Shown: positions 17,390 through 27,373 of the stretch, piece after piece
Layout of the letters: every line of letters starts with the position of its first letter
Position numbering within the stretch: the stretch's first letter is position 1
Source of the DNA: an uncultured Gemmatimonadales bacterium
GTDB lineage: Bacteria > Gemmatimonadota > Gemmatimonadetes > Longimicrobiales > RSA9
Length of the DNA: 64,000 nucleotides
Reading direction: 5' to 3'
Assembly (NCBI GenBank): GCA_963816355.1
Contig: CAWFKH010000001.1
Location: forward strand, 480,001-544,000
The notes under the pieces: model-generated
The model's database searches: none
Seen by the model: only the letters and a program-made list of their open reading frames with translations
What the model was told of the DNA's origin: nothing
Position numbers and translations under genes: made by a program

Positions 17390-17915
17390 CGAGATGCACG
17401 GCGTCCTCGGCGTGTTCGGCGAGCTGGACGCCGCGATCGCGGCGATCGACGGGCTGCGCGCGGACGGCATGAAGGACATCACCGTCTTCGCGCCGCTGCC
17501 GCAGCACGACCTCGAGCACGCGCTGCACGTGAAGCAGAGTCCGGTCCGGCTCTACACGCTGGTCGGCGGGATGACGGGAACGGCTACCGGCTTCGCGTTC
17601 GGCACGTGGACGTCGATGGACTGGCCTCTGGTGACCGGCGGCAAGCCGATCATCTCGCTGCCGCCGTTCGTCATCATCGCCTTCGAGCTGACGGTCCTCT
17701 TCGGCGCGCTCTCGACGGTGCTCGGTCTGTTCATCACGGCGCGGCTGCCGCGACACAAGGCGGCGCTGCTCTACGACCCTTCGTTCTCCGCGGGCAATTT
17801 CGGCGTGCTCGTGGTGCCGCCGGAGGGACAGGTCGGGGCGGCGCGCTCGATCCTGGAGCGCAGCGGCGCGAGCGAGGTCCGGGAAGGTTCGCAGGAGGTG
17901 CGCGTTGAGACGTAA
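17382..17915 (+). CDS. actD: alternative complex III subunit D (DUF3341)
   Basis: DWPLVTGGKP..SLPPFVIIAFELTVLFGA; position after actC. Confidence 0.9.
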   Translation: MADEMHGVLGVFGELDAAIAAIDGLRADGMKDITVFAPLPQHDLEHALHVKQSPVRLYTLVGGMTGTATGFAFGTWTSMDWPLVTGGKPIISLPPFVIIAFELTVLFGALSTVLGLFITARLPRHKAALLYDPSFSAGNFGVLVVPPEGQVGAARSILERSGASEVREGSQEVRVET

Positions 17916-18771
17916 CAGGTCGCCTTTCCACGAGAGCGGTCGCAGGCTCGGCGCCCGCGTCCTCCTGGCCGCCACGCTCGCCGGCGCGGCCGGCGGGTGC
18001 ACGCAGATCGACACCGCCATCGCGAACGTGCCGTTCTTCGCCTCGATGAAGAACTCGCCGAGCTTCGATCCCTACGAGATGACGCGCGAGGCGCCGCCCC
18101 ACTCGGTGCCGTACGCCTCACCGAACGGCGAGTACGAGCCCCACTTCGGCAGCACCGTCCCCGGCCTCGACTCGCTCGCTGCCTACGTGACGCCGCCTGC
18201 ATCCTTCACGGCCGCGGAGGTCGCGCGCGGCGCGGCGCTATACCACCGCAACTGCATGGTCTGCCACGGCCCTGAAGGTCACGGGGACGGTCCGATCGTG
18301 GGTCCAAAGAAGTTCGCGTTCCCGCCGCCGAACCTGACGCTTCCGCTGACGGTCGGCCGGAGCGACGGCTACATCTACGGCATCATCCGTCAGGGTCGCG
18401 GGCTGATGCCGCCCTACGGCGAGCGCATCACGCCTGACGACCGCTGGTACGTCGTCGCCTACGTGCGACAGCTCCAACAGGCGGCCGCGCAGGGCACGAC
18501 CCCGCCCGCGGGCGTCTACCCGCCGAAGGCCGGCGACAACGGCTGGGCTCCACCCGCGCGAGGCATGGTCGGCATGCCGGAGAACGCGATGAAGACGTAC
18601 GGCGCCGCGGGTGCGGCCCCGGGTGGCGCCGCCGGCGCGGCCACGGGCGGCACCACCGGCGCCGCGGGCCCGGCGGCGGGCGCCGCCACCGCGCCGTCGG
18701 GCGGGGCGGACACGTCCGGGAGCGCGCCAACGGCGGCACCGGACACGACGCACGGCGCAGGGAGGATCTGA
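17905..18771 (+). CDS. actE: alternative complex III monoheme cytochrome c lipoprotein
   Basis: TTG start with GGAGG; lipobox AGGC; single CMVCH; GRGLMPPYG..DRWYVVAYVRQLQ. Confidence 0.88.
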   Translation: MRRNRSPFHESGRRLGARVLLAATLAGAAGGCTQIDTAIANVPFFASMKNSPSFDPYEMTREAPPHSVPYASPNGEYEPHFGSTVPGLDSLAAYVTPPASFTAAEVARGAALYHRNCMVCHGPEGHGDGPIVGPKKFAFPPPNLTLPLTVGRSDGYIYGIIRQGRGLMPPYGERITPDDRWYVVAYVRQLQQAAAQGTTPPAGVYPPKAGDNGWAPPARGMVGMPENAMKTYGAAGAAPGGAAGAATGGTTGAAGPAAGAATAPSGGADTSGSAPTAAPDTTHGAGRI

Positions 18772-18774
18772 GGC

Positions 18775-20076
18775 ATGGCGAACACGGCTGTCGAGGTGCC
18801 CGTGCGGCGGTTCGAGCGGATTCCGCGGACGCCGGCGCTGGTGGCGGCGGGACTGATCGTGCTGGGCGCGATCGGCTGGGCGCTCGCGCTGGCGACGGAC
18901 GCGGACCGTGCCTGGCGGGCGTATCTGCAGAACTGGCTCTACTGGACGAGCATCGCGAACGGAGCGGTGATGTTCGCGGCGGCGCTCTCGATGGTGAACG
19001 GGATCTGGGCGCGTTCGATCCGGCGGGTCGCGGTTTCGACGGTGGCCTTCCTCCCGATCGCGTACCTGCTGCTGATCCCGCTCTTCTTCGTGGGGGGGCG
19101 AATCTTCCCCTGGGTCGAGCAGGGCGCGGGGCCGCAGGCGAGCTACCTGAACGTGCCGTTCCTCGTGGCGCGTCAGCTCGTGCTGCTGGGGGTGTGCTTC
19201 CTCGTATCGCTGGTCTTCGTCTACTGGGCGCTGCGTCCGGATGCGGGGCTGGTGGTCGATGCCGGCGGACCGTCGGCGGGGAGCGGGCTCTACCGCTTCC
19301 TGACGCGCGGCTGGCTGGGGCAGGAGGCGGAGGAGGCGCGCGCGTCGCGGCGGCTGTCGCGCCTGGGGCCGATCCTCGGCCTCTGCTACGGCGTCGCCTT
19401 CTCGGTGGTCGCGTTCGACTTCGTGATGGCAATGGAGAAGGAGTGGTGGAGCACGCTGATCGGGCCCTACTTCTTCATGGGCGCCTTCCTGGGCGGGCTC
19501 GCCACGACGGTCGTCCTCACGGTGATCTATCGGCGGGCGCTGGGGCTGGAGCGGCTCGTCGAAGCGACGACGCTCCACGACGTCGGCAAGCTGACGTTCG
19601 GCTTCTGCGTCTTCTGGGGCTACCTGTTCTGGGCGCAGTACATCGTGATCTGGTACGGCCAGTTGCCGCACGAGCAGGCGTTCGTGGTGCATCGCCTGGG
19701 CGGCGTCTTCCGCCCGGTCTCGATCCTCGTCTTCTGGATGCTCTTCATCCTGCCGTTCTTCGGCCTGCTAGGCGTGCTGCCGAAGCGGACGCCGGGCTGG
19801 CTGGCGGGCGCCGCGGCGGTGATCCTGACGGGCCTCTGGTTCGAGCGCTACACGCTGCTCTACCCCTCCTACTACCACGCCGCGCACGTACTTCCCCTCG
19901 GCTGGCAGGAGGTCGTGACGACGCTCCCGTTCGCGGGCCTCTTCGTGCTGGCCGTGCTCTGGTTCGCGTCCACGTTCCCGATGGTGCAGATGTGGGAGCC
20001 GCTGTGGGAGCCGGAGCTCGCGGAGCGTCCGGACGAGTTCCAGACCGCAGCGGGACACGCGCTCGGAACGGAGTAG
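18775..20076 (+). CDS. actF: alternative complex III subunit F
   Basis: multi-TM; FDFVMAM..WWST, HDVGKLTFGF..FWGYLFWAQYIVIWYG. Confidence 0.9.
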   Translation: MANTAVEVPVRRFERIPRTPALVAAGLIVLGAIGWALALATDADRAWRAYLQNWLYWTSIANGAVMFAAALSMVNGIWARSIRRVAVSTVAFLPIAYLLLIPLFFVGGRIFPWVEQGAGPQASYLNVPFLVARQLVLLGVCFLVSLVFVYWALRPDAGLVVDAGGPSAGSGLYRFLTRGWLGQEAEEARASRRLSRLGPILGLCYGVAFSVVAFDFVMAMEKEWWSTLIGPYFFMGAFLGGLATTVVLTVIYRRALGLERLVEATTLHDVGKLTFGFCVFWGYLFWAQYIVIWYGQLPHEQAFVVHRLGGVFRPVSILVFWMLFILPFFGLLGVLPKRTPGWLAGAAAVILTGLWFERYTLLYPSYYHAAHVLPLGWQEVVTTLPFAGLFVLAVLWFASTFPMVQMWEPLWEPELAERPDEFQTAAGHALGTE

Positions 20077-20160
20077 TCCGTCCCGTCCGGGGACGCGCTC
20101 ACGCACGGGACCCTGCTCGCGCTACGGACCGCTACGGCGCGCACCACGCCCGGACGGGGC

Positions 20161-20958
20161 TCACTCCGCGGGCGGCGGCTCTCCGCGGCGGTGGCCGCGC
20201 AGCCCGAGCGCCTTCTGCACCTCGATCGCGATCGCGCGCAGCAGCTTCGCCTCGCTCTCGTCGAGTGACGCCCGCCGCAGCACCGCCCGCAGCGTCCGCA
20301 TCAGCGCGGGCGGGTCCCGCTTCTTGAAGAAGTCGATCCCCCCGAGCGTCCGCTCGATCTCCTCGAAGAGCAGGCCGTGCAGCTCCCAGCCCGCCGCCGG
20401 CGCGCGCTTGCGTGGCTTCGGCAGCGGCCGCTCCGCGCCCGGCCCGGCGACCCACAGCTCGTAGGCGACGAGCAGCACGGCCTGCGCGAGGTTGAGCGAA
20501 CGGTGGTGCGGGTCGGTCGGGATGTTGAGCAGCTCGTCGCACAGGTCGAGGTCCTCGTTGGCGAGACCGACGTCCTCCCGGCCGAAGACCAGCGCCACGT
20601 CCTCGCCGGACGCGACGCGGCGCCACAGCTCCGGCGCCGCTTCCCGCGGATGGCTCCAGACGAAGCGCGCGGTGCGCCGGCGCGCGGTGGTGCCGACGAC
20701 GTGCGTCGCGTCCGCGAGCGCGCCGGCGAGGTCGTCGAACTGCTCGACCCTCTCCAGCACCGGCCCCGCGTTGTGGGCGATCCCCTGGATCCGCCAGGTG
20801 TCGAAGTCCGCCGGCCGCACGAGCCGCAGCCGCCGGAGCCCCATGTTCGTCATGGCGCGCACGGCCCCCGCGATGTTGACGATGTCCTGCGGCTCGTTGA
20901 GGACGACGACGACGTGGTCGGCGATGCGCGCGCGAGAGCGGGCTTCGGCGGAAGTCAT
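20161..20958 (-). CDS. TrmJ/LasT family SPOUT RNA methyltransferase
   Basis: NIAGAVRAMTNMG, VGTTARRR, FGREDVGL.NE, SLNLAQAV. Confidence 0.88.
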   Translation of the reverse strand: MTSAEARSRARIADHVVVVLNEPQDIVNIAGAVRAMTNMGLRRLRLVRPADFDTWRIQGIAHNAGPVLERVEQFDDLAGALADATHVVGTTARRRTARFVWSHPREAAPELWRRVASGEDVALVFGREDVGLANEDLDLCDELLNIPTDPHHRSLNLAQAVLLVAYELWVAGPGAERPLPKPRKRAPAAGWELHGLLFEEIERTLGGIDFFKKRDPPALMRTLRAVLRRASLDESEAKLLRAIAIEVQKALGLRGHRRGEPPPAE

Positions 20959-20991
20959 GGCGCGGAAGGTGGAGGCGGGTGCGAGATGCCG

Positions 20992-22290
20992 TCAAGCCGC
21001 GGCGGTGGGCGGCGGTGTGGGCACGATCAGGACGAGAAGCGCCCCCGCGGCGAAGGCGAGGCTGGCGCCGTAGAGGAAGGCGACGTGGGGGCCGACCCGC
21101 TGCCACAGCAGGCCGAACACGACGCTCGCTGGCAGCGCGGCGATGCCGACCGCGAAATGGTACGCACCGAAGGCGAAGCCGCGGTGACGGGCGCGCGCGA
21201 ACGCGGCCACGAGCGTCTTCTCGGGCGCCTCGGTGAGGCCGTAGAAGAGGCCGTACACGAGAAACAGACCCCAGATCTGCCACTCCGTCGAGGCCCACGC
21301 GAATCCCGCGTACACCGCCGCGTACACGAACCACCCGGCGAGGATGGCCGGCCGCGGGCCCGCGCGGTCGGCGAGCAGCCCGCCCGGCACGCTCCACGAC
21401 ATCTTGCTCACGTGGAACGCCGCCCACAGCAGCGGCAGCAGTGCGACGGCGACGCCGAGCTGGCGCGCGCGCAGGAGGAGGAACGCGTCGGAAGCGTTGC
21501 CGAGGGTGAAGACGACGATCGCCGCGAGGTAGCGCCCGTATCCCGGCTCGGCTCGACGCCCGTCTTCGTCCGGAGCGGTCGCGGCGGCGGTGCGAACGGC
21601 GGCGGCAGCGGCAGCCGGGGCCGGGGCCGGGGCCGGAGCCGGGGCGGCCGTCGCGGACGCGGGCATGCCGCCGCCCGGGGCCCGTTCACGCACGCGCAAG
21701 AGGAGCACGAGAACGGCGAGTGCGCCCGGGAGTATCGTGGTCGCGAAGAGAGGGCGCAGCGCGCCGGGGAAGAGCAGGAGGAAGGCGGTCGCGAAGAGCG
21801 GTCCCACGACGGCGCCGGCGTGGTCGGCGCCGCGGTGGAAGCCGAAGGCGAGGCCGCGCCGGTCCGCGGGAACCGATTCGACGAGGAGCGCGTCGCGGGG
21901 GGCGGTCCGGATCCCCTTCCCGACGCGGTCGGCGAGGCGCACGGCGAGGATGTGCCACGGCGCGGTGGCGATCGCGATGATCGGGCGCACGACGGCGGCG
22001 ATCCCGTAGCCCCAGCCGATGAGCAGCTTGCGGCGGTGGAAACGGTCGCTGATCGCGCCGCCCGCGAGCTTGAGGAGGCTCGAGGCGCTTTCGGCGGCGC
22101 CCTCGATGACGCCGAGGAACGCGGGACCGGCGCCCAGCGTCACGGTGACGAAGAGCGGCAGGAGCGGGTAGATGACCTCGCTCGCGGCGTCGTTGAGGAA
22201 CGAGATCAGCGACAGCGAGAGCACGTTGCCGCCGATGGCGGCGAAGCGGCCCGGGTTCCGCCTCCCGGGTGTGTTCGATTCGCGGCTCAC
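20992..22290 (-). CDS. MFS transporter
   Basis: 12-TM pattern; SFLNDAASE, DRVGKGIRTAPRDAL; Pro/Ala central linker. Confidence 0.9.
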   Translation of the reverse strand: MSRESNTPGRRNPGRFAAIGGNVLSLSLISFLNDAASEVIYPLLPLFVTVTLGAGPAFLGVIEGAAESASSLLKLAGGAISDRFHRRKLLIGWGYGIAAVVRPIIAIATAPWHILAVRLADRVGKGIRTAPRDALLVESVPADRRGLAFGFHRGADHAGAVVGPLFATAFLLLFPGALRPLFATTILPGALAVLVLLLRVRERAPGGGMPASATAAPAPAPAPAPAAAAAAVRTAAATAPDEDGRRAEPGYGRYLAAIVVFTLGNASDAFLLLRARQLGVAVALLPLLWAAFHVSKMSWSVPGGLLADRAGPRPAILAGWFVYAAVYAGFAWASTEWQIWGLFLVYGLFYGLTEAPEKTLVAAFARARHRGFAFGAYHFAVGIAALPASVVFGLLWQRVGPHVAFLYGASLAFAAGALLVLIVPTPPPTAAA

Positions 22291-22509
22291 GTGAGCGTGT
22301 TGCGAGGCGGGTGAGGCATCGGCGGCGGTGAAGGGGCATTCGGCGAGGCGGCCGCCCCGTCGATCCGCGGCGGCTGGCCGGCCGGGTTCTCGCCGGCAAT
22401 CTTAGGTGATGGGGCGCGTCGCGGACAGGGCGGCCTGGCGGCTTCTGGCGCAGCGCTCCCGGGGCCGCCGTGAACGAGGACGGACGGAGCAGGGGAGGAC
22501 CAGCGAAGC

Positions 22510-23568
22510 ATGACGACCGATCGATCGGCCCCGAGGCCCGCGCTCTTCGAGCGCTTCCCCGCCGTGGCGGCGCGCGTGCCGTGGCTGGCACTCGGCCGCT
22601 TCCCCACGCCGGTCCTCCCGCTGCCGATCGACGTGGGTGGCTCGCAGGCGTGGATCAAGCGCGACGACCTCTCGGGCGTGCTCTACGGCGGCAACAAGGT
22701 CCGCAAGCTCGAGTTCCTGCTCGCGGAGGCGCGCCGGCGCGGCGCTCGCCGCCTCATCACGCTCGGCGCCGCGGGCTCGCATCACGCCCTCGCGACCGCC
22801 ATCTACGGCCGTGAGCTCGGCTTCGACGTGACGCTCGTGCTGTTCCCGCAGCCGCCCACCGAGCACGCCCGCCGGGTGCTCCGCACCGACCGCGCGCTCG
22901 GCGCCGAAATCCGCTGGGCGCCGCACATGTCGCTGTTGCCCGCCTACCTGCTGGCGGCGCGCCTCGCGCACCGCGGCGAGCCGCTCTACATGGTGCCGGG
23001 CGGGGGCTCGAACCGGATCGGCACGCTCGGTTACGTGAGCGGCGCGCTGGAGCTCGCGGCGCAGGTGAGCGCCGGCGAGGCGCCCGAGCCGGCGCGCATC
23101 CACGTGCCGGGTGGGACGCTCGGCACGGCCGCCGGCATCGCGCTCGGGCTCGCGCTCGCCGGATCGCGCGCGCGCGTCGTCGTCACGCGGGTCGTCAGCC
23201 CCGTCGTCACGAACGAAGCGAGGGTCGAGCACCTGCTGCGCGGTACGGCGGCGCTGCTGTCGGAAGCGGGCGTGGCGTGCCCATCCCCCGAACAGGTGCT
23301 CGCCCGGGTCGAGATCGATCCGGCGCAGCTCGGCGCCGGCTACGGCCACGCGACCGCGACCGGCGACGCGGCGGCGGAGCGCTTCGCGGCCGCGGGGATC
23401 GGCCTGGAGCCGACGTACACGGCGAAGGCCGCCGCGTCGCTGCTCGCCATGCGCGACGACGGGCCGGTCCTCTTCTGGAACACCTTCAGCAGCGTCGAGC
23501 CCCTTCCGCCGCCAGAAGCGGGTGCCCGCTTGCCCGGCGGCGCTGCGGCGTACCTCGCGCGAGGCTGA
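22510..23568 (+). CDS. PLP enzyme, D-cysteine desulfhydrase/ACC deaminase family
   Basis: KRDDLSG..YGGNKVRKLEFL; LEPTYTAK. Confidence 0.88.
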   Translation: MTTDRSAPRPALFERFPAVAARVPWLALGRFPTPVLPLPIDVGGSQAWIKRDDLSGVLYGGNKVRKLEFLLAEARRRGARRLITLGAAGSHHALATAIYGRELGFDVTLVLFPQPPTEHARRVLRTDRALGAEIRWAPHMSLLPAYLLAARLAHRGEPLYMVPGGGSNRIGTLGYVSGALELAAQVSAGEAPEPARIHVPGGTLGTAAGIALGLALAGSRARVVVTRVVSPVVTNEARVEHLLRGTAALLSEAGVACPSPEQVLARVEIDPAQLGAGYGHATATGDAAAERFAAAGIGLEPTYTAKAAASLLAMRDDGPVLFWNTFSSVEPLPPPEAGARLPGGAAAYLARG

Positions 23569-23598
23569 GCCGCGGCGGTAACGCGCGAGGCTGAGCCG
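23556..23598 (+). repeat. 17-bp direct repeat spanning a stop codon
   Basis: CGCGCGAGGCTGAGCCG at 23556 and 23582. Confidence 0.8.
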
Positions 23599-23673
23599 GC
23601 GGTGGTATCGCGCCGCGCCCCGCCGCGGCCTATCCTATCTCGACGCGACACTCCAGCCAGCGAGGAACGAGAG

Positions 23674-25038
23674 ATGAGCAAGGTCGGCGACTACATCGAT
23701 GCCAATCTGGGACGCTTCCGCGAGGAGCTCTTCGAATTCCTCCGCATCCCCAGCGTGAGCGCCAGCAGCCGCCACCGCGAGGACACCGCGAAGTGCGCGG
23801 AATGGCTCGCCCAGCGGATGCGCGACGCCGGCCTGAGCGCGTCCGTCGAGGCGACCGCGGGCCATCCGATCGTCGTGGGAGAGTGGCGCGAGGCGGGCCC
23901 CGACGCGCCCACCGTGCTCGTGTACGGGCACTACGACGTGCAGCCGCCCGAGCCGCTCGCGTTGTGGACGACGCCGCCGTTCGAGCCCGCGGTGCGCGAC
24001 GGCCGCATTTACGCCCGCGGCTCCGTGGACGACAAGGGCCAGCTCTGGCTCCACATCAAGGCGATCGAGGCGCACCTGCGTGCGAACGGACGGCTGCCGG
24101 TCAACGTGGTCGTCATCGCGGAGGGCGAGGAGGAGGTCGGCAGCGACAACCTGATGCCGTTCGTGCGTCGCAACACGGAGCGCCTCGCGGCCGACGCGGT
24201 CGTCATCTCCGATTCGACGATGGTCGCGCCCGACGTGCCGACCCTCGGCGCTTCCCTGCGCGGCATGACCTACTTCGAGCTGCGTGCCCGCGGCCCCTCG
24301 CACGACCTCCACTCCGGCTCCTACGGCGGCGCGGTGGTCAACCCGGCGACGGCGCTCGCCCGCATCATCGCGTCGTGCCACGACGAGAACTGGCACATCA
24401 CGATCCCGGGCTTCTACGATCGCGTGCAGCCGATGGAGGAGTTCCGCCGCGAGATGGCCGGCCTGCCCTATGACGAGGGCGAGTTCCTCGCCGAGACCGG
24501 GGCGCCCGCCGCGATCGGCGAGAAGGGCTACACCACGCGCGAACGCATCTGCGTACGGCCGACGCTCGAGGTCAACGGCCTGCTCTCCGGCTACACGGGC
24601 GAGGGATCGAAGACGGTCCTGCCTTCCACCGCCATGGCGAAGGTGAGCTGCCGGCTCGTCCCCGATCAGGATCCGGACGAGATCGCGCGCCTCTTCGTCG
24701 AGCACGTCCGCCGGGTCACGCCGGACGGCGTCTCGGTCGAGGTCGAAACGCTGCACACCGGCCGGCCCTGGGTCGCCAACATCGAGGGCCGCCTCTACGA
24801 CGCCGGCCGCCGCGCGCTCGAGCGCGCCTTCGGCAAGCCCGCGGTCGCCGCCGGCGAGGGCGGATCGATCCCGATCGTGCCGGAATTCGAGGAGGTGCTC
24901 GGCGCGCCCGTGCTGCTTCTCGGCTTCGGGCTTCCCGGCGAGAACGCGCACGCTCCGGACGAGTGGCTGAGCGTGGAGTGCTTCGAGAAGGGGACGCACG
25001 CCGCAGCGGCGTTCCTCGAGGAGTACGCCGCCGGCTAG
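23674..25038 (+). CDS. M20 family dipeptidase
   Basis: YGHYDVQP, RGSVDDKG, EGEEEVGS, DLHSG, NAHAPDE. Confidence 0.93.
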   Translation: MSKVGDYIDANLGRFREELFEFLRIPSVSASSRHREDTAKCAEWLAQRMRDAGLSASVEATAGHPIVVGEWREAGPDAPTVLVYGHYDVQPPEPLALWTTPPFEPAVRDGRIYARGSVDDKGQLWLHIKAIEAHLRANGRLPVNVVVIAEGEEEVGSDNLMPFVRRNTERLAADAVVISDSTMVAPDVPTLGASLRGMTYFELRARGPSHDLHSGSYGGAVVNPATALARIIASCHDENWHITIPGFYDRVQPMEEFRREMAGLPYDEGEFLAETGAPAAIGEKGYTTRERICVRPTLEVNGLLSGYTGEGSKTVLPSTAMAKVSCRLVPDQDPDEIARLFVEHVRRVTPDGVSVEVETLHTGRPWVANIEGRLYDAGRRALERAFGKPAVAAGEGGSIPIVPEFEEVLGAPVLLLGFGLPGENAHAPDEWLSVECFEKGTHAAAAFLEEYAAG

Positions 25039-25051
25039 CAGCGCGTCGCGA

Positions 25052-25822
25052 TTACGGCGCGGCGACTCCCATCGGCGCCGCCGCGCCGGCGCTGCCCCGG
25101 TCCCACTCGCGCAGCAGGCGCCGGCGCTCGCGCGCCACGACCTCCGGATACTGCCTGCAATTCGGCGTGTTGGTGCCGTGGACGCAGCCGTTGTAGCCGA
25201 GCAGCGCGCGGCGGAAGTCGTTGTCGTAGTGTTGCAGGTACCAGGCGAGGATGCTGGTGCCGTTGCACAGGTTGTCGTCGATGTCGTAGAGATCGACGCC
25301 GCAGCCGCGCCAGCGGCCGCGGTGCACCGGCATGATCTGCATGAGGCCGCGCGCCCCCACGGAGCTGGTGGCGTGCGGTCTCGCGTCGCTCTCGACCAGC
25401 ATCACCGCGACGATCGTGGCGGGATCGATGCCGGTGCGGCTCGCGTTCTCGACGATCGGCCACGCGAGCCGGCGGGCGAGGTCCCGGCGTACGCCCCGGC
25501 GGCGGAGCGAGCGCTCGACCGGCGCCACCTGGTTGCGGTAGAGCGCCACGAACGACGCGGTCTCGCGACCCTCGTTCCGCACTTCCGCCATGTAGCCGTC
25601 GAGGCGGTCGATGTGGAGCGGAGCGACGCGGGCGCTCGCGCGGACCGGCGTTCCGGCCGGCAGCGCGAGCGCGCGAGTGGTGATCCTGCCGAGCCCGAGG
25701 CCGGCGAGGAGGAGCAAGGGGGCCGCCACGGGCACCACGAGGACGCGCTTGACCAGCCGCTCGATCTCCGCGATGAGATCCGTGCGCGTGCCGCCGTCGG
25801 CGCGCGATCGGAACAGCGTCAT
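25052..25822 (-). CDS. lytic transglycosylase (SLT domain) with N-terminal TM
   Basis: VMLVES..SSVGARGLMQIMP, ALLGYNG. Confidence 0.85.
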   Translation of the reverse strand: MTLFRSRADGGTRTDLIAEIERLVKRVLVVPVAAPLLLLAGLGLGRITTRALALPAGTPVRASARVAPLHIDRLDGYMAEVRNEGRETASFVALYRNQVAPVERSLRRRGVRRDLARRLAWPIVENASRTGIDPATIVAVMLVESDARPHATSSVGARGLMQIMPVHRGRWRGCGVDLYDIDDNLCNGTSILAWYLQHYDNDFRRALLGYNGCVHGTNTPNCRQYPEVVARERRRLLREWDRGSAGAAAPMGVAAP

Positions 25823-25918
25823 TCGGGGGTTCGTGTTCGACGTGATGAAGCGGGCAAGAAAAATCTGTCATCGAACGCGGGCCGCCGCAACCCTGCGGCG
25901 CATCTTCGGCCGCCGCGC

Positions 25919-25963
25919 GTCAGGCCCGCGCGGCGTCGTCAGGCCCCGCGCGGCGTCGTCAGG
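25919..25963. repeat. 19-20-bp tandem repeat at the hslO 3' end
   Basis: GTCAGGCCC(C)GCGCGGCGTC twice plus a partial third copy; each carries TGA on the minus strand. Confidence 0.8.
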
Positions 25964-26852
25964 AGGCGCCGCGGATCAGCGTTTCCAGGGCCGCGGGTTC
26001 GAAGCGGTAGGCCTCCGCGCAGAACTCGCACGTCAGGTCGGTGAAGCCGCGCTCCGCGGCTTCGTCGGTGATGCTCCGCAGCTCCTCGTGGCCCAGCGCG
26101 ATGAGCGCGCGCTCGGCGCGTTCCCGGCTGCAGGGGCAACGGAAGCGGACGGCGGTGCGGTCGAGGACGGCGAAGCGGTCGTCGAAGATACGGCGGAGCA
26201 TCTGCTCCGGGGAGTCGCCGTCGCGCAGCATCCGAGTGGGGTGCGGCAACTCGCGGATGGTGCGCTCGATCGACGCCACGTCCTCCTCGGCGAGGCCGGG
26301 CAGCAGCTGGACGATGTAGCCGCCGGCCGCCTCGACCGAGCCGTCGGCGCGGACGAACACGCCGATCCCGACCGCGGACGGCACCTGCTCGCTCTGCGCC
26401 AGGTAGTAGGCGATGTCCTCTCCGACCTCGCCAGACACGATCTCGACCGAGCTGGAGTACGGGTGCCGCAGCCCGAGATCGCGCATCACGCCGAGGCGGC
26501 CGCGGGTGCCGACCACGCCCGATACATTGAGCTTGCCGTCGCGCACCTGCTCGACATCCGGCCGCGGGTTGGCGATGAGGCCGCGCACGTCGCCTGCGGC
26601 GTTCGCGGTGGCGAGCAGCGTACCGCCGGGTCCATCGCCCTGGATGCGCAGCGAGACCGACTGGTCGGCTTTCTTCAGCATCGCCGCGAGCAGCAGCGCG
26701 GCGGTGGCGGTACGGCCGAGCGCGGCGGTGGGGGCAGGGTCGGTTCCGTGGCGGCGGTGCAGCTCCGCGACGACCGGCGTGGAGTCGATGGAAAAGGCGC
26801 GGACGCGGTCGTCCAGCGCCGTGGCGCGGACCATGTAGCCGGGTCGGATCAT
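25959..26852 (-). CDS. hslO: Hsp33 redox-regulated chaperone
   Basis: GDGPGG, YYLAQSEQVPS, CPC..CEFC zinc motif; ATG 26852 overlaps the upstream stop. Confidence 0.93.
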   Translation of the reverse strand: MIRPGYMVRATALDDRVRAFSIDSTPVVAELHRRHGTDPAPTAALGRTATAALLLAAMLKKADQSVSLRIQGDGPGGTLLATANAAGDVRGLIANPRPDVEQVRDGKLNVSGVVGTRGRLGVMRDLGLRHPYSSSVEIVSGEVGEDIAYYLAQSEQVPSAVGIGVFVRADGSVEAAGGYIVQLLPGLAEEDVASIERTIRELPHPTRMLRDGDSPEQMLRRIFDDRFAVLDRTAVRFRCPCSRERAERALIALGHEELRSITDEAAERGFTDLTCEFCAEAYRFEPAALETLIRGAS

Positions 26853-27235
26853 CAGGCCCAGTCGCCCTCGACCACCTTGTCCTCGCGTACGAGGACCAGG
26901 ATCGCGGCCTGCGGCACGACGAGGTAGCGGGTGCCGTCGAACGTGATCTCGACGGCCGCGCGGCGGAAGAAGATCGCGTAGTCGCCCGGCTGCGCCTGCA
27001 CGGGAAGGTAGCGCGCCTCGCCGCTGCCGATCTTCCACGGCTCCTCGTTCAGCTCGGTCGGCGCAGACACCGGCGTGCCGGGTCCGGTGGCGACGACGGT
27101 GCCGGCCTGGACCGCCTGGTTGTCCACGGCGCTCGGCGGCAGGTAGAGGCCGACCCGGCTGCGCTCCTCGCCCTCCTCCGGCGTGACCAGGATGCGGTCG
27201 CCGACGACGATCAGCTGCTTTCCGTCACGTTTCAT
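26852..27235 (-). CDS. GroES/Cpn10-like co-chaperonin without adjacent groEL
   Basis: VGDRILV, GLYLP, GTVVATGPG, PGD..F, YLVV..AIL. Confidence 0.85.
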   Translation of the reverse strand: MKRDGKQLIVVGDRILVTPEEGEERSRVGLYLPPSAVDNQAVQAGTVVATGPGTPVSAPTELNEEPWKIGSGEARYLPVQAQPGDYAIFFRRAAVEITFDGTRYLVVPQAAILVLVREDKVVEGDWA

Positions 27236-27373
27236 GGCTCGAAATATGACCGGCGCCGATTCCGACGCAAGCGACGCATCGGGCCATGGCCGCGCCCCTC
27301 GGTCGCCTCCATCATCGACGACGGCCCCGCGTCGAGCGTGGGCGCAAGACCGCCATCGCAGGAGGCGCGAGGC

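Noticed and set aside
12809..17482. Very long antisense/alternate-frame ORFs (also 7081-10308, 35817-39827, 28666-31740, 47804-50467)
   Set aside because: Shadows of well-supported genes caused by stop-codon scarcity at high GC; Arg/Ala-rich with no motifs
21590..21680. GGGGCC tandem run as a regulatory repeat
   Set aside because: Encodes the Pro/Ala linker between the two halves of the MFS transporter
22510..23568. True ACC deaminase (acdS)
   Set aside because: EPTYTAK has Thr where ACC deaminases have Glu (DPVYEGK), fitting the D-cysteine desulfhydrase side of the family
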